This document shows, piece by piece, positions 1 through 8,415 of a DNA stretch of 11,554 nt (the stretch's first letter is position 1; every line of letters starts with the position of its first letter). The position numbers were made by a program, and so were the translations under genes. Source of the stretch: Aquificaceae bacterium (GTDB lineage Bacteria > Aquificota > Aquificia > Aquificales > Aquificaceae); NCBI GenBank assembly GCA_037924335.1, contig JAXSMZ010000007.1, forward strand, positions 22,463 to 34,016, read 5' to 3'. The notes below the pieces were generated by a model. The model was not told the DNA's origin and searched no databases. It saw only the letters and a list, made by a program, of their open reading frames with translations.

Positions 1-132
1 TACACAAGCAGGGCTTGTCCTGAATGTGGATATCAGGACAAGATGAACCGCGTAGGTGCGCGGTTCACAAGGGAGCTTATAGTCCCCTTGCCTGCTAAAC
101 CTCGTCCTGTGGAATATTTTTCTATGGGATGA
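1..132 (+). pseudogene. tnpB: 3' end of a TnpB (IS200/IS605 OrfB)-like frame entering from outside the window, truncated after the first zinc-finger half
   Basis: Frame 1 reads YTSRACPECGYQDKMNRVGARFTRELIVPLPAKPRPVEYFSMG*. YTS-x2-CPxCG...NR...F matches the TnpB zinc-ribbon start. The second CxxC and the RuvC-III D-x-NAA motif that should follow are absent. Confidence 0.75.
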
Positions 133-141
133 GGAACTATA
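7..141 (+). ncRNA. Candidate omegaRNA-like structured RNA / IS200-IS605 right end
   Basis: Closing stem 7-12/91-96 encloses hairpins 14-23/33-42, 44-52/59-67 and 68-73/85-90. A 15-bp hairpin follows at 100-114/120-134 (4 G-U pairs). Loop TATAGT (78-83) can pair with ACTATA (136-141). Confidence 0.65.
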
Positions 142-145
142 TACT
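140..145 (+). promoter_or_regulatory. Putative -10 box for a leaderless kinase transcript
   Basis: TATACT lies 7 nt upstream of the in-frame ATG at 153; no convincing -35. Confidence 0.4.
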
Positions 146-152
146 TTTGTTC

Positions 153-1181
153 ATGGGAGATTTTTCCATATTCGACGATTTTGAAGAAGAGGTGGTAGTC
201 ATAGATAAGGATTACGGGATCCTTTACGCTAACAAAAAATATCTTGAGGACTTGGGTTATAAGTCAAAAGAGGAGGTTCTTGGTAAGCCCTGCTATAAAA
301 TATCCCATTACAGGGAAGAACCATGCGATGGAGAGTGTCATCCGTGTCCTTTAAAAGAGATAGAGAGAACCGGCAAAGCAGTTAATGTTATACACACCCA
401 TTACACACACAATGGTGGAGAGTTTCCTGTTGAGATATGCGCCTTTCCTCTAAGAGATGGAAACATACTGCAGATAATAAAGGACATAAAGAGCGATAAA
501 GAGAAGTACTACCTTTTCAGTATGTCCCAGAGACTAAGCTCCATATCTTACCTTGCCTTGGGCGTTGCTCATCAGATGAGCACTCCTTTGAACGTTATAT
601 ACACATGTGTACAGCTTCTAGAAAGAGAGTACGGAACAAATGAGGAGATAAATAAAATAAAGGAAGCTATATGCGTATGCAAGAACTACGTGAGTAAGCT
701 CCTCTTTATGGTTAGAAGCCCTAAAGAAAGAAGTTTGGTAGATATAAAAAGGGCAGTCCATGATTCTGTGGAGCTTATAAACATCTATGCAAAAGAGAAA
801 GGGGTAAAGGTGGAGGAAGACTTGCAGGAATGCGGCTTCTTGCTTGGTAGTGAAGCAGATGTTAGGCATATAGCCATAAACCTTCTTACCAACGCCGTTG
901 ATGTATCCGAAGAAGGGGAAAGGGTGTTTGTAAGAACGTTTAGGGAAAACAGTTACGCAGTAATAGTAGTTGAGGATGAAGGTCCTGGAATAGAGGATGA
1001 GGATTTACACAAGATTTTCCTGCCCTTCTATCAGGGGAAGAATGCAAAGGGTGAAGGCTGCGGGCTTGGTCTCTCAATAGTCAGCAGTACGTTGAAGGAC
1101 ATGGGTGGATTGATTGAAGTCAACACAGCTGTAGGTAAAGGCTCAAAATTCACTGTTAAGCTTCCTATTTTCTCCCTTTAA
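153..1181 (+). CDS. Cytoplasmic PAS-domain sensor histidine kinase (NtrB-like)
   Basis: PAS-like N-terminus, H-box AHQMSTPL, N-box NLLTNA, G1 DEGPGI, F-box IFLPFY, G2 GCGLGL; no TM helix. Start placed at 153 because ATG 129 lies inside the 100-134 hairpin. Confidence 0.9.
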   Translation: MGDFSIFDDFEEEVVVIDKDYGILYANKKYLEDLGYKSKEEVLGKPCYKISHYREEPCDGECHPCPLKEIERTGKAVNVIHTHYTHNGGEFPVEICAFPLRDGNILQIIKDIKSDKEKYYLFSMSQRLSSISYLALGVAHQMSTPLNVIYTCVQLLEREYGTNEEINKIKEAICVCKNYVSKLLFMVRSPKERSLVDIKRAVHDSVELINIYAKEKGVKVEEDLQECGFLLGSEADVRHIAINLLTNAVDVSEEGERVFVRTFRENSYAVIVVEDEGPGIEDEDLHKIFLPFYQGKNAKGEGCGLGLSIVSSTLKDMGGLIEVNTAVGKGSKFTVKLPIFSL

Positions 1182-2474
1182 GAACTTGAGCTTTCTGTAA
1201 AGTGTCCTCTTACTACATCCTACTATTTGCGCTACTCTATCCAAATCCTTAAATCTCTCTGCAAGCATGGCTATGTATTTCGCCTCTAAGGTACGTAAAT
1301 CTGGTAATCCTTCAAACAACTCCTCACAACTCTTTTTATCCTTAAGGTTTATGAATAGATAATCATCAATGTAATCACCCTCCGACAAGATACAGGCTCT
1401 TTCTATAGTATTTTTTAGTTCTCTTATGTTTCCTTTCCAGTCGTAAGCCACAAGGTTTGTTATGGTCCTATCGCTTACCTTCTTTTTCCATTTACTGCAA
1501 AAGAAGCTCACTAATATGGGTATATCCTCTTTTCTCTCCCTGAGAGGAGGGACTGAAAGCTCAAGAGTGCTGAGCCTGTAAAAGAGATCTTCCCTGAAAG
1601 CACCCTTATCACAGAGCTCCCTAAGGTTCTTGTTGGTTGCGGATATTATTCTAACATCTGCAATACTCTCCCTTAGACCTCCAACCCTTCTGAACCTTTT
1701 AGTTTCTATAAATCTAAGGAGCTTGGATTGTATATAATGTGGTATATCTCCCACTTCATCTAAGAAAAGTGTTCCACCTTTGGCGATCTCCACAAGACCT
1801 TCTTTCCTGTTGGTGGCGCTGGTAAAAGCCCCCTTTTCATAACCAAAGAGCTCACTTTCAAAAAGTTCAGCTGGTATAGATGTGCATTCAACTACCAAAA
1901 AGGGTTTCTCTCTCCTGTTTGATAGGTCGTGTATATATCTGGCTACAGCCCCTTTACCAGTTCCCGTTTCACCTGTTATGAGTATGTTGGCATCCACCTT
2001 AGCGTATTTCTTACACAGAGAAAGGATGTATGAAAATACCTCACTTTTTGTTTCAAAGGTGTAAGCATTATCCTTCTTGAGTATCTCTTTTAGAGCTATG
2101 TTTTCCTCTTCTGTTAGCTTTTCTCTTATAGCTTTCTTTATGCTTATACCAAGGATATCGAGATTAAAGGGTTTTTGTATAAAATCGTAGGCTCCAGCTC
2201 TCATGGATTCAACGGCGGTTTTTATGTCTCCATATCCTGTTATAACTATGATCTTCGTATCTGTGACTTCCTTTATTATTTTTACTGTATCTACACCGGA
2301 TGCATCGGGAAGTTTAAGGTCAAGAAGAACTACATCGTAGGTGTGTTTGTTTAGTTCATCTATGCTCTCTTGCAGGCTACCTGCAGTAAAACAACAATGA
2401 CCGTCCTGAGAAAGGGCTCTTGCAAGTGCATTCCTCAGATGTTCATCATCTTCAACTATTAGGATGGTGGCCAT
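1143..2474 (-). CDS. Sigma54-dependent response regulator (NtrC family: receiver, AAA+, Fis-type HTH)
   Basis: Receiver ILIVEDD..LLDLKLPD..KPF, Walker A GETGTGK, ESELFGYEKGAFTSA, Walker B LFLDEV, FREDLFYRL, C-terminal SKRTLYRKL. Start at MATILIV (2474). Confidence 0.95.
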   Translation of the reverse strand: MATILIVEDDEHLRNALARALSQDGHCCFTAGSLQESIDELNKHTYDVVLLDLKLPDASGVDTVKIIKEVTDTKIIVITGYGDIKTAVESMRAGAYDFIQKPFNLDILGISIKKAIREKLTEEENIALKEILKKDNAYTFETKSEVFSYILSLCKKYAKVDANILITGETGTGKGAVARYIHDLSNRREKPFLVVECTSIPAELFESELFGYEKGAFTSATNRKEGLVEIAKGGTLFLDEVGDIPHYIQSKLLRFIETKRFRRVGGLRESIADVRIISATNKNLRELCDKGAFREDLFYRLSTLELSVPPLRERKEDIPILVSFFCSKWKKKVSDRTITNLVAYDWKGNIRELKNTIERACILSEGDYIDDYLFINLKDKKSCEELFEGLPDLRTLEAKYIAMLAERFKDLDRVAQIVGCSKRTLYRKLKFLKGENRKLNSEF

Positions 2475-2480
2475 ATAAAA

Positions 2481-2508
2481 AATATACTTTACTCTACTCT
2501 GTAGCCAA
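2481..2508 (-). promoter_or_regulatory. Putative sigma70 promoter for a leaderless regulator mRNA
   Basis: Minus strand TTGGCT-16 nt-TATATT, 6 nt before ATG 2474; no SD. Confidence 0.4.
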
Positions 2509-3394
2509 AACTCTTTATGAACTCTGGACGTCTTCTCCAGTCTGGTTTTACTACAACCCATAACTCTAAGTAAACTTTTCTACCCGTCAGGATCTCTAAC
2601 TCTTCTCTTGCCATACTGCCTATCTTTTTGAGCCTTTGCCCCCCTTTGCCTATGATTATGGGTTTGTGATTTTCCCTTTCCACAACGATCTGAGCCTTTA
2701 TCACAAGCATATTGGGGTCGTGTTTTCCGGGGGATGTTTCCTCAACTACAACTGCCAAACCCTGTGGGATCTCCTGATGAACTTGGAGAAGGACCTTTTC
2801 CCTTATTATCTCTGCTACCATGAGGCGCAGTGGAAGGTCTACTATCATGTCCTCGGGGAAGAGAGGTTGACCCTCTGGCAAGTATTTAACAATTGTCTTT
2901 AAAAGCTCATCCACGTTATAACCTTTCAGGGCGCTTATGGGTATAACCTCTTTGAACTCCTTATGCTTTTTTGTTATGTATTCTACCAAGGGAAGGGATT
3001 CTTTTAAGGGTCCAAGCCTGTCCACCTTGTTTATAACTAAAAAGATGTTCTTCTCTCCAAAGGGCTTTATGTAAGTGGAAAAAACCATCTCGTCATCATC
3101 CTTCCATCCATCCTGGGCATCTATCATAAAGAGGATGATGTCCGCATCGTTAAGGGAGGCATTAGCTGCTTCAACCATAGCTTTACCCAAAGCATCCTTA
3201 GGTTTGTATATTCCTGGAGTATCTAAAAAAACTATCTGCGCCTCGTCTGGTAAGTTCTTAACTCCCAACACTCTTATGCGCGTAGTTCCAGGCTTGGGAG
3301 TAACTATAGAAATTTTTTTCCCTATTATCTGGTTGAGAAGCGTAGATTTGCCTACGTTTGGCTTCCCTACTATTGCTACATATCCAAACTTCAT
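2489..3394 (-). CDS. era: GTPase Era
   Basis: GKPNVGKS, PGTTR, DTPG, NKVD, ISA motifs and a C-terminal KH domain (IIIGKGG..LKKIG). Confidence 0.97.
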   Translation of the reverse strand: MKFGYVAIVGKPNVGKSTLLNQIIGKKISIVTPKPGTTRIRVLGVKNLPDEAQIVFLDTPGIYKPKDALGKAMVEAANASLNDADIILFMIDAQDGWKDDDEMVFSTYIKPFGEKNIFLVINKVDRLGPLKESLPLVEYITKKHKEFKEVIPISALKGYNVDELLKTIVKYLPEGQPLFPEDMIVDLPLRLMVAEIIREKVLLQVHQEIPQGLAVVVEETSPGKHDPNMLVIKAQIVVERENHKPIIIGKGGQRLKKIGSMAREELEILTGRKVYLELWVVVKPDWRRRPEFIKSFGYRVE

Positions 3395-3843
3395 AAACCA
3401 AGAGCCTTCTTTAATCTTCTGAAAAGGCTGGACCTTCTCCTTTGTTGGTAGCTCAGCTTTTCGACCATTTCCCCTATCTTTCCAGACACTCTTGAAAGCA
3501 CGCTTTTATCCTTCAATCTGCCTTCGTAAAGAAACTCTTTTATCACTTGGTTTGTTCCTTCAAGAGCCTGTATGTACCTTTCGAGCTCCCTTTCATTCTC
3601 AAGGTCCAGCTTGTTTATAGAGTTGCTAAAGAATCTATTCAGGGCCTCTAAGGCGCTGTTAAAACTTTTGTTGGACGTTTCATAGTCCGAAGCAAACTGA
3701 TTTATAATTTCGAGAAGCTTGGACTTTAGATTAAGCTTGTACTGGGAGAGTTCTATAGCAAAAGGATCCTTTTTATGTATATCCTTAAAAAAATCTTCGA
3801 GGAGTGTAAAGACCCTGTCTTCTATGCTGGGTATTTTGTCCAT
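3391..3843 (-). CDS. Hypothetical helical protein, 150 aa, translationally coupled to era
   Basis: GGAGG SD precedes ATG 3843 (MDKIPSIEDRV). Stop overlaps the era start (ATGA). The longer ORF-track start at 3966 overlaps ygfZ. Confidence 0.8.
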   Translation of the reverse strand: MDKIPSIEDRVFTLLEDFFKDIHKKDPFAIELSQYKLNLKSKLLEIINQFASDYETSNKSFNSALEALNRFFSNSINKLDLENERELERYIQALEGTNQVIKEFLYEGRLKDKSVLSRVSGKIGEMVEKLSYQQRRRSSLFRRLKKALGL

Positions 3844-3879
3844 GTGCACCTCCAGAACGAATATAATTTTATAACACAA

Positions 3880-4776
3880 ATGCGATGGACAAAGTTCGAA
3901 AGGTCTAAAATAAGGGTTTACAGAAAAAGAGGGAGCGTATTGCCAAAGGGTGTGGAGGAAGAGCATACAGGCTTTTTACACAGCCTCTTTAGCAATGATA
4001 TAAAAGGAATGAAAGAAGGGAGTATGCTGTACAGTTTATGGCTAAAGCAGAATGGAAGCCCCATAGAAGATTTCTTTGTTTACAAGATAGATGAGGAATA
4101 CATTCTTGATACCCAGATGCATGCTCAAAAGCTAATAGAGGAATTTCAAAGGCTTAAGCTATCCTTAAGAGTTTACTTTGAAGATTTAACGGACAGGCTT
4201 GACCACTTTTTTATCTTTGGTGATAACTCTGAAGGTTTTGTTAAAAGCGTCTTCGGTTTGGACATTAAAGAGGGTGAAGCAAAGAGAAAAGATGGTGCTG
4301 TTGTATCAAAGAACAGCATAAGGCTAATGGAAGAGGGTTATGACATTATTGTAGAAAAGGGGAAGTTGGAAGGTATCTTAAAAGAGGAAGAGAGAGTAAG
4401 CTTACAAGAGTGGGAGGATTTGAGGATAGAGAGACTCATTCCTGAGATACATAAGGAGCTAAGGGAGGGGTTTTCACCTTTAGAAGCTGGAGTCCTATCT
4501 TTTGCCATCAGTCTCACCAAAGGATGTTATGTTGGGCAGGAAGCAATAGCAAGGGTTTACTACAGGGGAAGAACTCCGAGGACTTTGGCCAAGTTTGAGG
4601 TTAAGGATGTAAAAGAGGGAGACAGAATAAGGGATGAAGGCAAGGATGTTGGAGTCATAACGTCGGTAGACTCAAAGGGTAGATTGGCTCTTGGCTATTT
4701 ACTGAGGGTAAAAGCTGAGCTGTATAAAGAATATCAATGCGGTGAGGGTAAAGCAAAGCTTGTACAGATGATATAA
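3880..4776 (+). CDS. ygfZ: Folate-binding protein YgfZ (GcvT-like)
   Basis: Signature KGCYVGQE and W..LRIE...P motif. Start at MRWTKF (3880), just after the AT-rich divergent spacer. Confidence 0.9.
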   Translation: MRWTKFERSKIRVYRKRGSVLPKGVEEEHTGFLHSLFSNDIKGMKEGSMLYSLWLKQNGSPIEDFFVYKIDEEYILDTQMHAQKLIEEFQRLKLSLRVYFEDLTDRLDHFFIFGDNSEGFVKSVFGLDIKEGEAKRKDGAVVSKNSIRLMEEGYDIIVEKGKLEGILKEEERVSLQEWEDLRIERLIPEIHKELREGFSPLEAGVLSFAISLTKGCYVGQEAIARVYYRGRTPRTLAKFEVKDVKEGDRIRDEGKDVGVITSVDSKGRLALGYLLRVKAELYKEYQCGEGKAKLVQMI

Positions 4777-4788
4777 AGGCATTATAAT
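4760..4788 (+). promoter_or_regulatory. Putative sigma70 promoter for moaE-moaA
   Basis: TTGTAC (4760-4765)-17 nt-TATAAT (4783-4788), 10 nt before ATG 4799. Confidence 0.6.
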
Positions 4789-4798
4789 TAAAAGAAGG

Positions 4799-5221
4799 AT
4801 GGTGCCAAGGGTTTATATAGGGGTTGAATGGATAGGTCTTGAGAGAATTCTTTCTGATTTTAGCGTTCCTAAGGAGTGTGGAGCGAATGTTTCCTTCCTT
4901 GGAATAGCAAGGTCTGCACCAGAGGACGGAAATGTGGAAGAACTTCACTACGAAGCCTTCCCCGAGATGGCTCTAAAGGTGATGGAAGAGATAAGGCAGG
5001 AAGCCTTCAGGCTCTTTAGTGTTAAGGAGATATTTGTCCATCACAGGCTTGGCCTTGTAAAGGTTGGAGAACCTTCCTTTCTTGTATGTGTCTTTGGTGG
5101 ACATAGGGATGAGACCTTCAAGGCTTGTAGATATGTGGTGGATGAGGTCAAAAAGAGAGCTCCCATATGGAAGAAAGAGGTCTTCTCTGACGGTAAAGGT
5201 CAGTGGGTGCTTGGGGCATGA
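4799..5221 (+). CDS. moaE: Molybdopterin synthase catalytic subunit
   Basis: [22 protein letters not shown]...[24 protein letters not shown] motifs. Confidence 0.96.
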   Translation: MVPRVYIGVEWIGLERILSDFSVPKECGANVSFLGIARSAPEDGNVEELHYEAFPEMALKVMEEIRQEAFRLFSVKEIFVHHRLGLVKVGEPSFLVCVFGGHRDETFKACRYVVDEVKKRAPIWKKEVFSDGKGQWVLGA

Positions 5222-6219
5222 AGGACCTTTTGGGAAGAGAGGTTCATGACTTTAGAGTATCTGTAACGGACAGATGCAACTTCAGATGCCAGTTCTGTAT
5301 GCCCGATGGCGAAAACTATGAGTTCTTCCCAAGATCAGAGATCCTCAGTTTTGAGGAGATAGAAAGAATAGTTAGAATAGTCGTCCCTTTGGGTGTAAAG
5401 AAAGTCAGGATAACTGGTGGTGAACCTCTTGTCAGAAGAGGAGTTGAAAACCTCATCCATCTTCTTTCAAAGGTTGATGGGCTTGAAGATATAAGTATGA
5501 CAACAAACGGCTTTCTGCTATCCGAAAAAGCTCATCTTTTAAAAGAATCTGGACTCAAAAGGGTAACTGTGAGCTTTCACTCTTTAAAGGACGAACTCTT
5601 TTCTCAGATCGTTGGGAAAAAAGTAAAAGTATCTCAGATAATAGAGGGTATAGAGGCTGCGATGGAAGCTGGTCTTGAACCTGTAAAGGTAAACGTGTGC
5701 GTTGTAAAGGGGCTCAACGACTGTGAAATACTTGACATAGCCAAGTTTTTCAAGAGTATGGGGGTTGTAGTTAGGTTTATAGAGTTTATGGATGTAGGGA
5801 CTGTAAACGGATGGTCCATTGAGAAGGTTGTGTCTGCAAGGGAGATAGTCAGTAAAATAGCAAGGGAATTTGATGTAGAGCCCATCGAAAAGAGCTATAG
5901 AGGAGAGGTTGCAGAAAGGTACAGATACAAAGATGATGGGTTGGAGTTTGGCGTCATATCCTCTGTAACTCAGCCATTCTGTGGAGATTGCAACAGATTG
6001 AGGCTCACTGCAGAAGGTAAACTTCTCACATGCCTTTTTTCAAGCTATGGCCACGATGTTAAATCCTTATTGAGAAGTGGAGCAAGGGACGAAGAGATAA
6101 GGGAGTTTATAAAAAGTGTATGGAAATCAAGAAAGGACAGGTACTCAGAGGAGAGGCTGGAAAAGATAAAAAGGGGTGAAAACCTCAGAAAAGTTGAAAT
6201 GTTCCAAGTTGGTGGGTAG
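5218..6219 (+). CDS. moaA: GTP 3',8-cyclase (radical SAM)
   Basis: [34 protein letters not shown]...C, C-terminal GG. ATG overlaps the moaE stop. Confidence 0.97.
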   Translation: MKDLLGREVHDFRVSVTDRCNFRCQFCMPDGENYEFFPRSEILSFEEIERIVRIVVPLGVKKVRITGGEPLVRRGVENLIHLLSKVDGLEDISMTTNGFLLSEKAHLLKESGLKRVTVSFHSLKDELFSQIVGKKVKVSQIIEGIEAAMEAGLEPVKVNVCVVKGLNDCEILDIAKFFKSMGVVVRFIEFMDVGTVNGWSIEKVVSAREIVSKIAREFDVEPIEKSYRGEVAERYRYKDDGLEFGVISSVTQPFCGDCNRLRLTAEGKLLTCLFSSYGHDVKSLLRSGARDEEIREFIKSVWKSRKDRYSEERLEKIKRGENLRKVEMFQVGG

Positions 6220-6222
6220 AAT
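6194..6222 (+). promoter_or_regulatory. Putative sigma70 promoter inside the moaA 3' end
   Basis: TTGAAA (6194-6199)-17 nt-TAGAAT (6217-6222), 8 nt before ATG 6231; no SD. Confidence 0.55.
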
Positions 6223-6230
6223 ATATACAT

Positions 6231-6644
6231 ATGGCTCTTGAGGAAAGACAGGTAGAGTTCTTAGTAAATCCTATAAAGAACAGGATATGGGCAGTTAGCA
6301 TGCCAGATGGTGAGCTATTGGACGACATACTGTCTGTAAAAAGAGCCATATTCTGCGTCGAAAACAATGAACAGTTTTGGCTTAATCCTTTTGACGGTGC
6401 TTTTTTGTGGACAACAAAGATTTCCAAGCCTTATGAGGAGGAGTTTGTAAGGTTTAAAAAGGAAGCTCAACATTACATTGGTCTCTTTGGTCTTGATGTA
6501 TCTGACCTTCAGTACATAGACTACTCACCAATAAAAGGAGAGCTTACCTTTGATGAAGAGATAAAAAGGAAGCTAAACAACAGGAGTTACACGGAGTTTG
6601 TCCTTTTCATGAAAGAATTATGGGACTTTATAAAGGAAGATTGA
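6231..6644 (+). CDS. Hypothetical protein, 137 aa
   Basis: Clean ORF filling the gap, with host-like codon use and a candidate promoter; no family recognised. Confidence 0.8.
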   Translation: MALEERQVEFLVNPIKNRIWAVSMPDGELLDDILSVKRAIFCVENNEQFWLNPFDGAFLWTTKISKPYEEEFVRFKKEAQHYIGLFGLDVSDLQYIDYSPIKGELTFDEEIKRKLNNRSYTEFVLFMKELWDFIKED

Positions 6645-6647
6645 AGG

Positions 6648-6821
6648 ATGGATGAGGAACTTTTAAAGATACTCGCCTGTCCAAAGTGCAAGGGCGACCT
6701 TTTATACGATGAAAAGCTCCAACTGCTCATATGCGAAAAGTGTCGAGTTTTTTACAGAATAGAGGATGGCATTCCTGTTCTTCTCATAGAAGAGGCAAGA
6801 CCTCTTGAAGAGCTAAAATAA
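6648..6821 (+). CDS. Trm112/YcaR-like (UPF0434) small zinc-ribbon protein, 57 aa
   Basis: Not in the ORF track. Manual translation MDEELLKILACPKCKGDLLYDEKLQLLICEKCRVFYRIEDGIPVLLIEEARPLEELK* fits the LL.IL.CP.CKG.L...Y.I.DGIPVLL..EA pattern. Confidence 0.93.
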   Translation: MDEELLKILACPKCKGDLLYDEKLQLLICEKCRVFYRIEDGIPVLLIEEARPLEELK

Positions 6822-7452
6822 GACTATCCGGATGCTTTGCCTGAAAGACCCCTTCCGGCTTTGCATCTTCACCAAAGTGTATGTACTCTACCGGCTTTTC
6901 GTACATCTTCCTGTAATAGTAAACCATCTGCCAATCTGCTAGGCTATCTCCCACATAAATGCATGCATCTAAGTTCATACTCTCAATGCAGATGTGAAGA
7001 GCGTAAGGGTGGGGTTTTTTGAGCTCTTCTTGCTCTATATCATCATCGTCAACTATAAGGTCAAAGTAGTCTTTTAAACGGAATTTTTCAAAGGAGTAAA
7101 GCAGGTCTTCCTTTGGCCTACCAGTAACTATGCCCAACTTTACTCCCAAGGACTTTAACCTTTTGAAGAAATTTCCGTTAAGCAAGAGCCTTTCCTGGTC
7201 TCTCACATGTTTGTACACACCGTTGAAGGTCTCTATCACATCCCTCAGGTCTGCTTCCTTTCCAAAATACCTTATAACTTCAAGAGTTGCAAGCCAATCG
7301 TTGTTTATAGCCCTTCCAAACTTTATCCTCCTCACCAGGTCAATGTCTACTTCTTCTCCCACAAACTTCTCTGCAGTATTCTTTATTGCCACGTGATAGG
7401 AATCCCTTACGTCTATGATGACACCATCCACGTCGAAAACAACGCCTTTCAT
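6784..7452 (-). CDS. HAD-superfamily subfamily IA hydrolase
   Basis: Motif I FDVDGVIID, motif II VTGRP, motif III KKPHP, motif IV YVGDSLAD. Substrate cannot be assigned. Confidence 0.9.
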   Translation of the reverse strand: MKGVVFDVDGVIIDVRDSYHVAIKNTAEKFVGEEVDIDLVRRIKFGRAINNDWLATLEVIRYFGKEADLRDVIETFNGVYKHVRDQERLLLNGNFFKRLKSLGVKLGIVTGRPKEDLLYSFEKFRLKDYFDLIVDDDDIEQEELKKPHPYALHICIESMNLDACIYVGDSLADWQMVYYYRKMYEKPVEYIHFGEDAKPEGVFQAKHPDSLILALQEVLPLL

Positions 7453-8363
7453 TGCTGAGCGGCAATTTCCTTCTCTGTTTTTGATAAGAGAAATCTTATG
7501 AACCTACCAGCTAAGAAGCTAAGTTTAGCACCATCTGGATATATTATGTAATACCATCTCGTTGCGTTAAAGCCCTTTATCTTCACGGGAACCACCTCAC
7601 CCTTCAGGATGTTTTTTCCCAGTATACTTGCAGAAAGGAAGCTTGTCCCATAGCCACTTTTTACCATACTGAGTATTGACCTACCACAGTTGACCTCTAT
7701 TTTTATATTCAGTCTTTCAAAGACTATTCCAAGCCTTTCAAGCTCCTTTTTTACTATCTTCCTTGTGCCAGAATTTACTTCTCTGAATATGATGTCAGCT
7801 TCGTACAACCTTTCTGGCTCTATTTCTCCTTCCTTTGCGAAGGGGTGGTCGGGATGGGTAAAGTATAGGATCTCATCCATCATCCATTTTATGGAGCGAA
7901 ACTTTTCTGACGGCTCTCTCTCTATAACACCAACGTTTAGTACGCCAGATAGCAGCCCCTCCTCTATCTGTTGGGAGTTTTCTACAGAAACTCTTATGGA
8001 CACTCCAGGCATCTGGGAATGGAATTCTGCTATCAGTTCAGGAAGTTTATACTCGCTCAGCGTTGTGCTTATACCAACGAGTAGCGTATCCTTGAAGTCT
8101 TTCTTTATCTTTGCCATCTCCTCCATGAGATTCTCATAATCGTTCAGCAAAGCCCTTGCTATCTCATATATCCTAGCCCCTTCGGGAGTTAGCACTATCT
8201 TTCCACCTTGCCTTTGGAAAAGCCTTGCTCCTATGATCTTTTCCAAAGCTTTTATCTGTTGTGTGACAGCCGGTTGTGTTATGTAGAGTATCTCTGACGC
8301 TTTTGAAAAACTTCCCAAGTCCGCAACTGCCATAAAAGTTTTAAGCTTACTTATGTCTATCAT
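7449..8363 (-). CDS. LysR-family transcriptional regulator (CysL-like)
   Basis: HTH GSFSKASEILYITQPAVTQQIKALE; effector domain with ISTTLSEYKLP and FREVNSGTR. Confidence 0.93.
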   Translation of the reverse strand: MIDISKLKTFMAVADLGSFSKASEILYITQPAVTQQIKALEKIIGARLFQRQGGKIVLTPEGARIYEIARALLNDYENLMEEMAKIKKDFKDTLLVGISTTLSEYKLPELIAEFHSQMPGVSIRVSVENSQQIEEGLLSGVLNVGVIEREPSEKFRSIKWMMDEILYFTHPDHPFAKEGEIEPERLYEADIIFREVNSGTRKIVKKELERLGIVFERLNIKIEVNCGRSILSMVKSGYGTSFLSASILGKNILKGEVVPVKIKGFNATRWYYIIYPDGAKLSFLAGRFIRFLLSKTEKEIAAQQ

Positions 8364-8372
8364 CCAATTTTA

Positions 8373-8401
8373 ATTATATGTATAAATATAAGTTATGGCA
8401 A
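8373..8401 (-). promoter_or_regulatory. Near-consensus sigma70 promoter for lysR-HAD
   Basis: Minus strand TTGCCA-17 nt-TATAAT, 9 nt before ATG 8363; no SD. Confidence 0.75.
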
Positions 8402-8415
8402 GATAAAAAATTCTA

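Noticed and set aside
7..96. Cloverleaf read as a tRNA gene
   Set aside because: No T-arm GTTC-A loop, D-loop or 7-nt anticodon loop; the arms are too long and the bases translate as a TnpB motif.
129..152. Kinase start at ATG 129
   Set aside because: It lies inside the 100-134 hairpin. ATG 153 has a well-placed -10 and begins the PAS-like sequence.
771..780. GGAGCTTATA match to 72-81 as a possible guide target
   Set aside because: Only 10 nt, within the predicted scaffold rather than the guide; plausible by chance.
3775..3966. Long overlap of the divergent ORFs 3391-3966 and 3775-4776
   Set aside because: Artefact of longest-ORF starts; the likely starts 3843 and 3880 do not overlap.
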